DNA from: Nemertoderma westbladi
Taxonomy: Eukaryota > Animalia > Xenacoelomorpha
Direction: 5' to 3'
Length of the DNA: 64,000 nt
Assembly (NCBI GenBank): GCA_032718475.1
Contig: JAUCBJ010001860.1
Coordinates: forward strand, 28,936-92,935
The translations under genes and the position numbers were made by a program. The notes beneath the pieces are model-generated. The model did no database searches and was not told the DNA's origin. It saw only the letters and a program-made list of their open reading frames with translations. Shown one piece after another: positions 45,781-59,482 of this stretch. Position 1 is the first letter of the stretch. Each line of letters begins with the position of its first letter.

Positions 45781-47100
45781 TCAATCGGAGTTCTTCAGTC
45801 CGTTTCCGTCATTCTCAGGTGTATGTCCCCAATACGAGAGGATCTCATCGGGATCGGATCCCTCCAACAGACAAAGTTTATTAACGGGACGGAGGAGGTC
45901 AGACTTGTCGTAGGCGACGCGAACAGTGCGAACTCGAATCTTTACCGGGCCGAACCTCAGAAACTCGTCCGATTCTCCACGAGTTTCTAGGGAGTTTCTC
46001 ATTTGAAATGATCACGACATCGTCCACCTTGAGGTTCCTCTGGGGTGCGGTCCACTTGGAATGTTTGTGGAGCGTAGGGATATATTCCCTAATCTATATG
46101 TCCCAGAAACGATCAGACAGGCCCTGTGCCGGTTGCCAGGATTTGCGGCCGAGTTCGTCTTTACGGTCAAACTTCCCTGGTGGGGATAGTTGGACAGGGT
46201 TCCTGAGGAGGAAGTGCCGAGGAGTAATCGGTTGGTTGGCGGTCGGATTGTCGGTAACTGGGGTCAGTGGACGCGAGTTGAGGATTCCTTCTACCTCGGC
46301 CAGCACTGTATGAAAGGTGTCCTCGTTGATACGGGTTGAGTCCTTGATGGTGGCGTATAGAGAGTCCTCAATGCTACGAATGAGGCGTTCCCATACTCCA
46401 GAGGTATGGGGGGCAAGCAGTGTCTGGAAATGCCAGGTGCAGTCCAATGTTCTCAAGTGTGAAGTCCCTTTGTCTTGGTCAACTCGAGCGAGGGATTCTT
46501 TGAGCTCGGATTCGGCGCCGACAAAGTTCATTCCGTTGTCGCAATAGAGGTGCTGAAGGGTTCCCCTTGTGGCGATGAAACGTCGTAATGCATTGATTAA
46601 TGGTCTGTTGAGAGGTCCTCTACCATATCCAGTGCAATCGCCCTAGAATTAAAACAAATGAATATAATGCCGTATCGTGTAATCAAGGACCTCATTCTCT
46701 TAAAGAGACAAGGGCCAAATAGGTCCATACCTGTAAAAGCAAAAACAGGTTTATATGGAGTGAGTCGTGACTCAAGTAAATCGGCCATTATCTGGGTTAT
46801 CGTGCGAGAATGCAATCTCTTGCAAGCAATGCAAGCACTAAGCATGGTTCGTATCAACAATCTTGCATTAGTGATCCAATAACACTCTCTAAGAAATGCC
46901 AGACTGTGACTTTGTCCAGCATGGCGAAGTCTGATGTGTACATCGTGTATCAAGAGCCTGGCATAGTGACAATTCTTCGGTATAAGGATAGGAAAGCGCG
47001 CGTCGTAGGATGTGGGTGCTCGCGCAACTTGGCTCCCTAGTCTCAGATATCCGTTGTCTTCGTCTAAAAAGGGAGATAGTTTCCGGATTGTACTCACCTT
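45781..47100 (-). pseudogene. BEL/Pao element B integrase (frameshifts and stops)
   Basis: Motifs LSPFLDE..GYLRLG, H...HAG...C..C, TGMDLFGP, NFVGA, SGVWERLIRS, LNSRPL, ITPRHFL, RPVNKLCLLE. Confidence 0.88.
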
Positions 47101-47120
47101 GGGGATTGGGGATCCAGACT

Positions 47121-50100
47121 TTAGAGCTGTATACTCACCTGGGAAGCCAACTCGTTGAACGTACTGTTCAATGCGCTGTTTGGCAGTGACGAGCTCCGAT
47201 GAGGTAACTTACGAGGACTACCAGGTTGTAGAGGACCACGTTTATGTCTTAGGTATTCAAAGAAACGAATGAACCAAGACACACCGCGTATGAGTCTGTA
47301 TGACTTATAATAGTGCTGTATAAGTTTGTCTGTAGGGGGCAAAGGGGCCATGGTGTTCATAGCATAGACTCGGGTGTCAGAGTTAAGCTCGGGATCGTCG
47401 GAGGGTAATGTATAAGGCACGTTGTGCGAGACCGGCCAGTATTCTGGAGTAAGAGACAGAAAATCTGGGCCCCGAATCCATTGTTCCGTTTGTAGGAATC
47501 TCTGAGGCAATAACCCACGACTCACACAGTCAGCGGGGTTAAGATTCCCCGGGCAATGATGCCACTGATCCACAGTGGTATGACCATGAATAAGGCTGAC
47601 TCGATTGGCTATGTAAGGCTTAAAGCGACGGGATTCATTTCTCAAGTAACCTAAAGTAACAGTTGAGTCAGTCCAGAATGTCATAGAGCGGATGGGCATG
47701 TCAAGTTCTTGCCGAACTTGTACAGTCAAGTCGACGGAAAGATGTGCTGCTTGTAATTCAAGCCTGGGGATAGAGATATATCTGAGGGGGGCACTACGGG
47801 CCTTGGCAATCAAGAAGCCAGTGGCAATGGCGCCATCGGGTGTGGTTGTACGAAGGTAACTCACCATACCATACCCTTTGTCGCTGGCGTCCGAAAAGGA
47901 ATGAATGTCGTAAATGTTGTCAGGTAATGGAATAGGGGTGTAAGTCCGGGGTATGCAGAAGTCGACCAGTAGCGTGAGTTGTAATTTCCACTCATTCAAT
48001 CGGGTCTCTAGTGGTATTGGAATAGGGTCATCCCAGCCAAGTTTATGGCGCCATATATCCTGCAGCAGGATATGCAGTAAGAGGGTAACAGGACCCAAGA
48101 AGCTCAGAGGGTCGAATAGAGAACTGACTAGAGATAGGACACCTCGCTTGGTGGACGGTGTGTCCTTCAGCCGTATGTCAATCGATAGCGTGTCATTCAC
48201 AGTGTCCCAAACAAGTCCAAGGGCTGTGGTGATAGCTGTCTGTATGTCAGAGTCACGAGTGGTATGAGTCGGGATGGCAAGGTAGGTTGGGTCTAATGAC
48301 TTGAGAAATTCGGAATTGTTGAAATGAAACTTAGTGAGGTGAAATCCCCCAAGCGATAAACATTCGATCAAACTTTTAGCGAGATCTATGGCTTCTAATG
48401 GGGTTTGAGCACCAGACATACCATAATCGTAATAAAAGTCGTTTTGAATTGTTTCATTGACTCTTGGAGGGTATCGGTGTGCGTTGTCGGAACCTGTCCT
48501 TCGCAGAGCTGTGAGAGCGATAGTTGGGGAGTCCCCTGCTCCAAAGATATGGACTTCCATCCAATATTCTGTAGGACTGCGATCCATGTCGCCATTCTCC
48601 CACCACAGGAATCGTAAGGAGTCCCTATCTTCCGGGTTGACTTCGACCTGGTGGAACATAGATTTTATATCGCACGAGAATGCTACAGCATGGCGACGGA
48701 ATTTGCAAAGTATTCCAGACAGTAGGTTGGATTGGTCGGGTCCGTTGATTAGGTTGGCATTCAGAGAAGTGCCAAAGTAGGGTGAAGCTGCATTGAACAC
48801 AACTCTAATCTTGTTGGGTTTCTTGGGATATAGAACGTAATGGTGCGGCAGGTACCAAGAACGAGGGCCATGCGAGTCAATCTCAGATGGGATGAGTTTC
48901 CTAGCGTATCCCTGTGATATATAGTCTTCAACCTGAGTGGTATAGAGAGTTAGAACTTCCGGTTTCTTCCTGAGACGTTTCCCCAACCAAACTAAACAAC
49001 GTTGTGCGTATAATTTATTACATGGGAGCGTTACATCGTCTCGTTTCCACTGGAGACCTAGTGAGTAATGTCCATTGGGTTTAAGGCGCATGGCCTGCAG
49101 TATGGATTGGGATCGAAGGTTTAAGGGGGACATTTCCTTTCCTAAGGAAGACGAATGTACTTCCATCTCCCAGAATCGTCCAAGGTTCTGTTCTAGGTCG
49201 TTTAAATATGAAATGTTAGGATGTTGAGATTGTTTGGATGATGACTTGGGACTGAATGGAACCAATGTAGTCATTGTCGGGTGTGGGTTCTGGGTCACTT
49301 CAGAGTTTGAATCGGAACCAGGGTCAAAAGTAGCTGCAGTTCGTTCAGGGGGAGAATGTCGGTCATTGAGTGTATCCAAGTCGTTAACGTCAGATAGGGT
49401 ACAATGTATTTGTGAGGTGGGATAAATGTCAAGGTCATCGTCTGGGGCAAGATTAGGGCCACAGACTGACCATCCGAACGGAGTTTCGACAGCGTATGGA
49501 TGAGTCTGGGGGTTCGGGCCCCAGCGAGATTGAAGTTGCATCAAGGCGACTGGGGCATCCTGTCCCAACAAGACTGTTTCTTGAGGGATGTCTAAAGGGG
49601 GATGACTCAAGTCTAAGTCAGCTAAGTGGGGCCATTCTCTGATATTCCAACGCCTTGGGGTTACAAAGTTGTCTCTAAACCCTTTCATGACATCGAAAGT
49701 GACATTCACTAGTGTAGGGGTCCCATTACTGCTGACAGGGGAGACATTACACTTGATAGCGCCGACTTCTATGAGTCTCTCTTTGTCTAGACAGGTACTA
49801 ATTGGGATGGTCCTATACTGAGTGCAATGGAGACCTAAAGGGGGCAAGTTTCGATCATAGAGTATTGATTGGTCAGAGCCTGGGTCAATCAACGCGTATG
49901 TTGTAAGAGACATTGTAGTATGATCTGAAGTGAGACAAACAGGGACTGTCTGTAGAACAGTATTTCTCTTTTGAAGTCTGTGAAGACAGGTATTTCGTGA
50001 AGACATAGGGGGATGACTTGTCACGTGTTTGTTAGGGACTGACGCAGTGGAGCGAGGCATGGGTGTGGGTGTGGTAGCGGATGAGTGAGGAATTCTAGTA

Positions 50101-52107
50101 AATGGCGCATTGGGGGGATGCAATAGTGAATGATGTTTGTTCGACTTGCACGTCTTGCATGTATATTTAGACAAGCAGTCAGCGGTCAAATGGCCTCGTC
50201 CAAGGCAGTTGCGGCACATGTCATGGGAAGGATAATTTGCAACGAAGTTATCTTTATCATGATATGTGAGGTTTAGGAAGGAATCACAGCCATAGATTTT
50301 ATGACCTCCATCGCAGTACATGCAGCGAAGTCTATTCTGGCTGTTGGCACTGGTGGTTTGTGCACCATCTATGGGTAACTGAGGAGCATTGGGAGGAAGG
50401 CTAGGTCTAAGAGGGGTTGTAGACGTAGTCCTAACTTGTTTTGGTACTGCTGAGGTGAGTGCCGGAAAGCTAGCTGGGGGTCTGGTCTTTGGTTTACCAG
50501 TGCCATAGTAATTCAATACGCTGACTTCCTGGTCTAGGAAGTTGACAAGATCAGAGACCTGAGGTTCCACCCGTTTGTTGGTATGAAATTTGGTTGCGTG
50601 GCGGGTCCAGCGATTAACCAGTTCGATAGGCAGCCTGGAAGCTAAGAGATCCATATTGCTGGGGTCATTCAACCGGGTCGAACTACCAATGGATTCCAGG
50701 GTGGCGTGGCTAATCGATATATCGTCGATAAACTTTAATAAGTCGGCTGCCGTGAGGTTCAGTCTAGGGCCCTGGGTCAGCTGGTTCAAGATAGACCTTG
50801 AGACTTCCCTGGGGTGTCCGTACCTCTTGTCGAGTTGGGCCCAAGCGAGTGTATACCCATTGTCTGAGCTGTGGTATAACTCGGCAACGCGGCGGGGTTC
50901 ACCAGCTGTGAACTGTATGAGATAGATATGTTTCTCATTGTCAGGGATAGGTTTAGAGTCTATAAGGTCGTAGAATGTCTGCTTAAACTGGACATAGTCT
51001 AGTAACTTGCTGTCGAATTGGGTTGGTTGCAATGTGGGTAACGTCAACTTTAGGAGGGCAGATTATTCTGAGTTGAGGCTACCAGCAAGGGGACTAGGAA
51101 TAGTAGAGTCAGATTTGTAATCGAGTGAATGTTGAGGAACAGTGGGGACGGGAGTTTGGGATGAGAGTGTGTGATGGTTACTGATGGTGTTAGGGTTGGG
51201 TAATGTTAGTGCAGATGATTGATGGTGATTCGTGTGATTATTTAAAGGTCGGGCTGACAGAGTAGCAGGGCAAATATTACCAAAGTTAACCAATGGATCT
51301 GCCGAGTGGTTGGTAGGTACAGATGGTAGATGTTGGAATGTTGCCAATGACTCTACAGTCGGAGGGTTAAAGGGTGCGACATCAGGGTTTAAAGTTGATG
51401 GCAAGGATGCGGGTACACAACTCACAGTATGCGAGAGGACCACAGATTGCGTGGATATATTGCGAGCAGTGACAGGGGGGTGATTAGTCGAGCAAACTAT
51501 TGGGATAGCGGTGGTGATGTTGATGCTGGGACGTGTCGTCACAGTCATAGGTTGTGAGGGTAGCGAGGGGGGAAATGACTGGTTAGTGCAGGGGTAAGGG
51601 GATGGTAGAGTTACAGTAGGCGCGGTTGTTGGGATATTGTCGGTGGATAAGGTAGTAATTGGTACCGGTATAGTAGGAGTGGGACCACTACATACAGTAA
51701 CAATGCTGTTTCGGTTTTGTTCATTAATTTCGTTTGCGTAAAATTCCGCCTTCAGTTCTAGCTCTCTGCATTTTGTATCGCGTTGAATCTGCTTACTCCT
51801 CTTAGATAATTCGTCTAAATGTTGGTACGTTTGCATTTGTGCCTTATATTTCATAAGTTTGAGTCTAGTAACGCGAGCTAATCCACTCAGTTTAGAACTG
51901 GAGACGGCTGAGATCGTGGGGTGAGAGTTTATTTGACTTACCGAATCTCCAGGGTTCATGTCTACAATTCTCGACTTTACCTGATTACCAATATTACCGT
52001 TTTGAGTTGCCACAGTTTTCGTCTGCGGGTTGTCCTGTGTGACAGAGTTCACAACACTCAAGGGGTTGGAGGGAATCCTCCCTTAGTTTCCCCTCAGGTT
52101 TGAAAGT
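47121..52107 (-). pseudogene. BEL/Pao element B gag-pol (one in-frame stop at 51063; RT catalytic motif degenerate, YYDY)
   Basis: DUF1759-like Gag, CRNCLGRGH...C..C...HHSLLH, LIDPGS protease, YLPHH, IRVVFNAA, CDIKSMF, FDPL, FSDAS, IPRLEL, FWTDS, NPADCVSRG. Confidence 0.92.
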
Positions 52108-52309
52108 GTCTATCATTGGGACACTCAAGGGAGGTTTCGGTTGCAAAATTGAGTTTCTTTATTAACGCACTCGCATTCAATCGTTTTGTATTTACAAATC
52201 ACGGGCAGTTATGATAATGAAATGTGTACAATAAAAGCACTAACAAATAACATTATATATTTCGATAACGTAGTAAAAATATTGATAAAATAAGGGGAGG
52301 GGAAATTAA
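52108..52309 (+). repeat. ~200-bp copy of 24413-24612 inserted in BEL-B gag
   Basis: gtctatcattgggacactcaagg...ggggaaattaa is near-identical in both places. Confidence 0.9.
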
Positions 52310-52915
52310 GGGACTCGCATCAGTGTTGTTCGAATTATTCACACTGACACCTAGATTTAAATGATCGTTAACTACCAGTACTGACAGTGCTGCAGGTACC
52401 GGTAATGGGTTATTTTTATTGTACTCATCCGGTAGGTCTATAGGCATGATAGGCCTAATTGTATTTTGAAACCCAGATTCGTTATGGATTACGAAATCTC
52501 TAGAGGCATTTAAAAACACTGGTCACATGTTTCCCTATTGGGATTAGGGTTATCGGGTGCCGATACCGGTAGGCCTATTTCATTACTCTGTAAGCCTACA
52601 TTTGCCTTTAGTAAAGTTAGGTCTGGCGATGAAAAGCCACGAAAAGGTGTGGGATTGTGATACTCATCTATGCAGGCTGTAGTGAGGGAACGAAGGACAT
52701 GTCTCGGTCCCGCACTAGATGTTTCGTCACCTAAGGGGGTTAGTGTAAAATCACCATGAGAATTATTTATGTTACCTGTTGCTGTTGGGTGGGGCAGTGC
52801 GAGCAAAGTCCTCCTTGCCCGTTCTGAAGGAAGATTTGGTGGGTCTACTACAGGGATAGATTCACTTTGTGCGTCCTCCTGATAATCGGCATATTTGCGC
52901 TCCAGTGAATTGAGA
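52310..52915 (-). pseudogene. Probable continuation of BEL-B Gag N-terminus (S/T/P/N-rich)
   Basis: Same strand and composition as ORF 51063-52061; cut at the junction with element C. Confidence 0.5.
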
Positions 52916-52916
52916 A

Positions 52917-54768
52917 TTGAGAGCTCGCAAATTGTCGACATTTGGAGAGCCACCGTGGTCAGAAGTGATCGAGGAAGAAGCATCCTCGTCGAGTTGGTGT
53001 TGGCTACCGGTAGCAGTAGCCATGATGGGCTGTCAGGCTGATGCGTACTGGCTGACTGGCGTAGGCCTACGGTGTACTGGTGTATGGCAGGTGGTACCGG
53101 GTCAGGTGCTACCGACGACGGACAATATCCAACAGAGAACATTAACTCCACCCGACGACGCATCTAGAGACAGCGGCGATTCTCAGGTTAGTCACGCGCG
53201 AGGAAAGGTTATATGCGCTAGATCCCTTGTTTCCCACTACTCGGCGGAAGAGAGAAGACGCCGACTAGACGAACAACAGGCAGAGGTTTTGCGTGCATCA
53301 GAAGCACGGAAGGAAGCCGAACAGGAACGGGAGCACACACGTAAGTTAGACACAAAGTTGCTCGAGTTGGAGGACATAAGTAAGCGTGAGCAAGCCGAAC
53401 GCGAGCGCAAGGAATGCGAACTCCAACTTGAACGCGAACAGAAGGAACGCGAACTCCAGCTTGAACGCGAGCGCAAGGAACACAAACTCCAGCTTGAACG
53501 CGAGCGCAAAGAACGCGAACTCGAGATCGACAAAGAGCGACGCACGTTGTACGAAGAAAAGGCGTGAGTGGAAGAAGAGAGCGCAGCGAGACGAGCGAGG
53601 GAGGAAGAACAACGTAAACTGGCGCAGTTGGAAAGTGCGAGACTAAACCTAGAGAGCGAAGAACGGACCAGGAAAGCGAATGAAATCGCCGAGAAGGGGA
53701 TGCGAATGATCGAAGAATGTGGGGCGAGTGTAGGTACTGAGTTACGAGAACTCAGAATACAATATATCTTGAAGAATCCAGACGTTAGGGAGAAGTATTG
53801 CACCCAGATAAACAACTATTTCGCCAAGCGATTTGCTGGGAAGGTAGAGGACCCGGACTTAGTGACGGACCAGACTTATTACCTTCCACACCACTATGTG
53901 ACTCACCCTGACAAACCAGACAAAGTCCGAGTAGTCAACGACTGCGCAGCAGTTTATAGAGGTATGTCCCTGAACTCAGAGTTGATGGATGGTCCCAACT
54001 TAAATAACTACTTGATAGGGATACTGTTACGCTTTAGACAGCGGCGATTCGTGTTTACTTGCGACATCGAGGCGATGTTTCACCAGGTAAGAGCCTGCAA
54101 GGTGGATCAGGATAGTCTCAGATTTCTCTGGTTCGAGAATGAAGACCTATCCGGCCCAGTGATTACATACCAGATGTATGTCAGGATATTCGGTGCCCGC
54201 GATAGTCCCAATGGCACGCTGTTTGTTCTAAAGAAAACGGCAACAGCCCAGATTGGTAAGTATCCAGTAGACGTTATTGAGTCCGTCTTGAGAAACTTCT
54301 ATATGGACGACGGATTGCTGTCCAAGGACACAGCAGAACAAGCCATAGAAGTGGCTCACGGCCTACAGGAGTGCTTGGCTACAAGGGGTTTTCCTCTGAC
54401 CAAGTTCACTACCAACTCAGAGGCCCTATTAGAGTCGTTCCCGGTGAAAGATCGCGGGAGCGGAGACATAGAATTAGGGGTAGAACCCATCCCCATGGCG
54501 CGAGTACTGGGACTCGCTTGGAATCCGAACATGGATAAGTTCCAGGTGAGAGTCAGATTTGAACCCAGTAGTCCAGACAAAGTTTTGACTAAGATAATCT
54601 GCTTATCGACAATGAGTAGACTATTTGACCCGATGAACTTTATCAGCCTGGTAATATTACAGGCACGAGTATGTATGAGGAAACTTTGGTTGTCCGACCT
54701 AGAGTGGGACGAGCCAATATCCCCTATACATGCAAAGCAGTGGAGAGAATGGGAAGTTGTCCGAAGTT
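52917..54768 (+). mobile_element. BEL/Pao element C fragment: coiled-coil Gag piece fused to RT by internal deletion
   Basis: ERERKERELQL repeats, then YLPHH, KVRVVNDCAA, GPNL, CDIEAMF, LRFLW, FYMDD, VLGLAW, FDPM, WDEP. Confidence 0.88.
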
Positions 54769-55069
54769 GCTAATTACAATCGGAACTATGATTTCTACCC
54801 TTTAATTAATGGTTCTATGTGATTAAGATGCGATAATCCCACGGGATTTCTTTAGACTGTCAGACTGTATGATTGAATGCGCCGTTACGGTAGCTACTCA
54901 TTAGATGGAGGGCTAAGGTACCGGTAGGCGCAGCGGGCGCACCGGGGGGTTAGCGACGAAGGGAGTGCGGATGATTCAAAAGGCGAGCAACGCTGGCGGG
55001 GGGTCACCGTTGCGGGCGGAAGGCTAGCAGTAGTGTAGAGAGAAGACTGCTCGCTGGTACAGTAATTAA
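54769..55069 (+). repeat. ~300-bp copy of 23887-24184
   Basis: gctaattacaatcggaactatg...ggtacagtaattaa is near-identical in both places. Confidence 0.9.
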
Positions 55070-56520
55070 CCCTATTAAACCCGGGGGGGGGGGTCAATAT
55101 GACCCCTCCCGTGGTTTTTTTATTATAATTCTGAAACAAACGCAGTTGGGAATCTGAAATTTTATGACTTTTCCTAAAAATCTATTGTCTTCCTAGTAGT
55201 GAAAACCGTTTTCAAAAATATTGGGTACTTTTCGAGTTATAGCACCATTTTTTAACCCTACTTTTGGCACTTTTTTTGAGACGTTTTTTGAAAATTACAT
55301 TTCATTAAATATGAATTGTAACATCTCTATTTTTTATTTACACCGGTTTTTTGGTGTTAGAAATTTGATGGAATTCATATAAATTGATTTAGAAATTTCA
55401 AACTTGTTTTTTTCGGTGGGTGCCAAATTTTGGTGCCAGCACCAAATTTTGAATTATGTCAATTTTGTAAATTGATTGTTTGAAACTTGTTTTTTACGCA
55501 ATTGGGGTTTTTTGGGGTTCTGGATTCGATGAAATATATACGAGTTGCAACAAGCCTATCAAACTTGTATTTTTCGGTGCTGTGTGCAAATTTTGGTGCT
55601 AGCACGAAATTTTGAAAATTCATTCGATAGATAAAATTGCTTGTGACAATTTATTTCTTGCGTTTTAGAGGTTTATGGCTGTTCTGAATTCAATAGAATA
55701 AATAATTATCGAACTAGACATCTCAAACTTATATTTTTCGGATGTGGGTGCAAAATGTGGTGCTAGCACCAAATTTTGAAAACCATCAAATATATCAATT
55801 GATTGTGTCACCTTGTTTCTTGCGTTATACGGGTTTGTGATGGTTCTGAATTCAATGGAATCAGTAAAAATTTCATAAGAGTTCTCAAACTGGTATTTTT
55901 CGCCAGTGGGTGAAAATTGTTGTGCCAGCACCAAATTTTGGAAAATATGCAAATTTATCAGTAGATAGTATCACCTTGTTTCTTGCGTTATACGGGTTTA
56001 TGAGGGTCCTGATTCCGATGGAATCCATAAAAACAGCACTGGACATCGCAAACTTGTACTTTTTGGTGATGGGTACGAAATTTGGTGCTAGCACCAAAAT
56101 TTGCCAAATTACGCCGAAAAATACAAGTATCAATGATCTGGCATATTAGAAATGTATTCCATTAGAATCAGCGCTCTAGAAAACCTGAAAATGTGAATTT
56201 ATAGCATCGTATAAGTGAATTAAAAATTTTGTGTTCTACCTGAAAAGTGCTGGTTACTTGTTTTTTTCATTTTTTTCCAACGCAGAGAGGACTAAACGGC
56301 CATTTATAGTAATCATATCATTTTTAAATATTTTCCAATGTATTTTGCACCCCAGAAAACCTGTATTGAAAAATAATTAGCCGAAAATGTAACTTTCAAA
56401 TTTTGTGAAAATTGTGCACTACTTGTAATTTTGGTGCTGCAATAGAACCACCCCAGTACATTTTTTCAAAAATTTTTTTTTTCGGTCGGATCCAGACAAG
56501 TGATATCTACGTACAAAATT
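55070..56520. mobile_element. Non-autonomous TTAA-inserting (piggyBac-like) DNA element, right end lost
   Basis: Starts TTAA|CCCTATTAAACCCGGGG; the empty TTAA site is seen at 24181-24184. Internal dispersed repeats of ggtgctagcaccaaatttt. Confidence 0.65.
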
Positions 56521-57331
56521 TGTGAGTGAGAATTTCCTCGGTTTGATGATTCTTTTCAACTCGCGTTCTCGGGCTCTATAGGAATCGATATGCTTCTCCT
56601 AGAGCTGATTTTCCTCCACTTGTCGTTGGAAGCATTTGTCTAAAACTCTTTTAGAGAGTAGGGTCGCCCAAGTTCGATATCTTCTTAGAGATTCTGGATT
56701 TCCTGATCGAACTGAGATAAAGCTAATTCTTTCACCGCTTGGACTTGTTGCTGCAATTTGCGTTTCTCTAAACAATTGTAGGTTCCTTTTCCAATCTTTT
56801 GACGAATAGTGTCCAACGCGTTTCGTACAACTCTCTCCTCCACCTCAGTGACAGGTTGTATCGGGTTAAACCGGGACGATGATACGGTTGAATGGCGATA
56901 TTAGATGTCCGCGTCCCAATCCGGCTAGGTAAGATGGGCGAATATTTAGGGAGCCCACAACCGAAGTGCCACCGACTAATTGTTCGGGAAACACTAGATC
57001 TTTGAACAGTGAGTACAGTTCGGAGGGTCCGTGATACTATTAGGATCAAGAGTCTGAGGTCTAACTAGGGAATGAGGAGGTCTGACCGAGTATTCCGGAA
57101 CTCTGATCATAGGTTTATTTAAGGATCGTTTGAATCGAACGAGCGTAGGTGATACATCGAACAAGTTTCGCTCGAAACTCCCGTAAATATAGCGAGCAAA
57201 ACCGTGTTTAAAGCAACGTCTCTGCGGATGTTTATGTCTTTCCGTTTGTTGGTTGGGTCTTGGGCATTCATCACAATAAAAAACAAAGACGCACGTCTTG
57301 TAGGGGAAACGCGGGTGATATTTATTCGGTT

Positions 57332-57778
57332 TTACAATGTTTCTCTCAAGACTTCCAAATATACGTTGGAGTTACCGCGTTTATCCGGTTCTTTAACGTC
57401 TTCTCTTTCGAGTCGATTGCGAATAGAATTTTCGCATTCGATTTTCAGTTTATCGTTCCGACTCCGCTGGGTAGGATATTTAAATAGTACCATTTCCCTT
57501 TCGGTGTCGACATAGTCCGTATCGTGTAAATCGATAGGATGGCCAGTAGTTAAGAAGTCCATATACGTACCATTACGATGCGTATAGCGAGCGGTGAATT
57601 TTCTATAGTCCAATTCACGCGTAAGTTGCTCCTGGGACATCGGCGGTTCGATATAATGACCATAGTCCTCCGTAGTAGTTGGACTAGCGTCGCCGCGTAT
57701 CAAGCTATCCACAAACGCTTGCAACGGTAGAGTATATTGCTCCCTGATACCAAGATCATCTTCTATCAACTCAGTCAT
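57332..57778 (-). CDS. Accessory ORF1 of BEL-A' (148 aa, unknown)
   Basis: Intact homolog of 27691-28137. Confidence 0.6.
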   Translation of the reverse strand: MTELIEDDLGIREQYTLPLQAFVDSLIRGDASPTTTEDYGHYIEPPMSQEQLTRELDYRKFTARYTHRNGTYMDFLTTGHPIDLHDTDYVDTEREMVLFKYPTQRSRNDKLKIECENSIRNRLEREDVKEPDKRGNSNVYLEVLRETL

Positions 57779-59482
57779 AGCTGCTATATGAGTTTATCAA
57801 TATTATAATTAGTTATAATTAGGCTAGCGGGCGTCGCTGCCTACCCCTCACAGCCCCCGGACAGCGCAAGATCCTCAGCGCTGATGCACTGCCGCCGCTG
57901 TGCTTATCGCCAACATAGTAGCTGCACAACGACAACAACAACCAGCGCGAGTCACCCCACTGTCCATCCCAAGGGCTAAGATTTACTTCAGGTTCTTACT
58001 GCAGAGTTAGGGCTGCTTTCACAATTGCGACTCGCTACTGTAAACACACTTTAGTAGTAACATTCACCTATAAACGAACAAATTCCACACAACTGTCACA
58101 AACCGCACACATTCGGGCCATTTGTCCGTTAGTCAAGTGCCTTCCAGAATGCCACGTTATTATTGGGTATCCTTGGATACTAGCAGTGTGCTATTTATTC
58201 CTTATGCTATTCAATGGGGCAAGCTTTATTGTTCTTTTAAATCACTTCTAATTCTAGCTGTGGTTGTTGCCATGGTGACATTATGGAAAGCTAGCAGTAG
58301 AATTAGGGTAATTCTCATGCATACAGATCTGGGATGCTATTTAATAGTAATTCTTTAATTGTCAATATTCCTCTTTATACATGATTTTATGAATTTTATC
58401 GGCTATTGACTATATATTGGAGATTCTCGCACACTAATACACTTAATAGGGTGAATCTCCGCTCCCTTGATCTATTAATTAATGGAATTTTGGGAATGTT
58501 ATAAATTGTATAAAATGACAATTTATCAAATTCATTAAAAGAGATGAATTTAAATTTATTCCCGTAAATTTTATTATTTAATATTAAAATAGACACAATT
58601 TTATTCCAGAACATGTCTGGGGACTGGGATCCTTGATTCTAGGAAATTTGTCTTTTTAAGAGTATCGGTAAGTGCTACGATATCTTAATAGACTAGAATT
58701 TTAAAGGATCTAAAATTTTACAGATTTTAATTTATAGATTTTCTAGAGTTAACTTGTAAGTAGTTACTCTATTGTATTTATTTGACAGATTTTACAAATA
58801 TTAATAGTTAATATTTAAGATGGGCACCGGTTTATTCCAGAACTTGTCTGGGGACGTTAACCACTGATTCTAGAATTTTGTCTTTCAAGTATATCGGTGG
58901 GTGCCGCGATATCTTAATCGACTAGAATTACAGATGGTCAAAAGGTTTAACAGATTTATTTTGCGTTTTACGCTACTGTTAAAGGGACATCACGATACCA
59001 TATGTATTATTTAATATACGGTATGAGAGCAATATCGCAAGAAGCAATGTCAGTGAGAAGAGGCAAGTCATTTCAAAGGTCTACCCAGAGCTTGGTTTAG
59101 CCGAGACACGAGGATCTGAACTTTGCATTCCTAATACTCTACTTACCAATAATATTTGAATATAGTAAGAGCTTTATTGTACTTTAATAAGTACGGACAT
59201 TTCGTCTTACTGTAGTCACGTATTTATAATGTAATACTGGCAGTAAGGAAAGAGAAAAGAATTATTTCTCGCCGTCGCACTAAATATATAATATAATATA
59301 AGTAAGTAAGTAATAATCACTAATATATATTGCACTAATCTACTAAATAATCGCTAAAATAACATTCTACTAAATAAAATTAAAGAAAACGATTATATTA
59401 AAATTACATAATAATACATACCTAAATAAAATAATAAAAACAAATATAAAATAATATAGTCACACACCCACTCCAGACGATG

